The notes under the pieces were generated by a model. The model was not told the DNA's origin and did not search any database. It worked only from the letters and a program-made list of their open reading frames with translations. Positions 63,502 through 64,000 of a stretch of DNA of 64,000 bases are shown in pieces (position 1 is the first letter of the stretch; each line of letters starts with the position of its first letter). The position numbers were made by a program, and so were the translations under genes. Origin of the DNA: Klebsormidium nitens (lineage: Eukaryota > Plantae > Klebsormidiophyceae). Where the stretch lies: positions 248,001 through 312,000 of the forward strand of contig DF236958.1 in assembly GCA_000708835.1 (NCBI GenBank), in the 5' to 3' direction.

Positions 63502-63584
63502 CAGATCAGCGCTCGGGTCCGGCCGATCATCCTTGTCCTTATGTAAACCCGAAGCCTTCAACTTGGCAAGTTTTTTGCGATATC
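63502..63584 (-). other. Possible internal exon of a minus-strand gene extending beyond the window
   Basis: CAG| acceptor and |GTACGT donor flank an open frame (G)YRKKLAKLKASGLHKDKDDRPDPSADL. No homology recognised. Confidence 0.3.
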
Positions 63585-64000
63585 CTGCTGGCGTGAGATA
63601 TCAAATACTTTGCGGCGATGGGTTTGGAGATGAAGACCGAGGATCGAATGTCAGTGTGTACTATATAGCCGGACCAAAGCTGTTGGCGCATCTAGTGCGC
63701 TCAATTCATTCATGCCGTTGTATGAGGATCAATATTTCTCCAAATTCACAAAAGGAGTCATCATGGTTGTATATCGACACCGTCCAGTGACGACTTTTGT
63801 GGGATCGACAGAAATCACAATGTTATAGTGCACTTGTCATATCTCGCCTGAACATGTCCTACAGCCTATAGCCCAGCCTGCGCGAGCTTACACAAGCTAT
63901 GTGCTTGCAGCCTCCGATCGACCATGCATCAACTGGCAGGCAGTCAACCCTCTAGCTTGATCCACGCGCATCCCGGTTTCAAGTTTTGCTGATGAGTCGA

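Overview
This is eukaryotic nuclear DNA, intron-rich (GT-AG, one GC-AG), with three N-gaps (1006-1310, 3641-4310, 10484-11081). It is most likely a streptophyte green alga such as Klebsormidium. That is inferred from land-plant-like genes, an intron-containing tRNA and TTTTAGGG/TTTAGGG telo-box motifs; it is not proven. Reconstructed spliced protein-coding genes: RAY1-like GT77 arabinofuranosyltransferase (+), mitochondrial citrate synthase (+), ARMH3/C10orf76 (-), an orphan tail-anchored protein (+), DEAD-box helicase DDX47/RH10 (-), a secreted amidase-signature enzyme of bacterial-like type (+), KGD4/MRPS36 with a GC-AG intron (-) and a conserved plastid-targeted protein (+). Also present: an intron-containing tRNA-Pro(AGG), a complete non-autonomous CACTA element (13-bp TIR, ATC TSD), a CAGTG-ended TIR element, a hAT-like MITE and degenerate regions near the left end. 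The most unusual pattern is recurrent duplication of 3' splice acceptors, with the start of the exon in two cases, placed upstream of the true exon. It occurs as 5 decoys in ARMH3, one in-frame decoy in the amidase and a branch-point duplication in RAY1. All exon models were built by eye from splice consensus, phase continuity and remembered protein-family similarity; no database searches were run.
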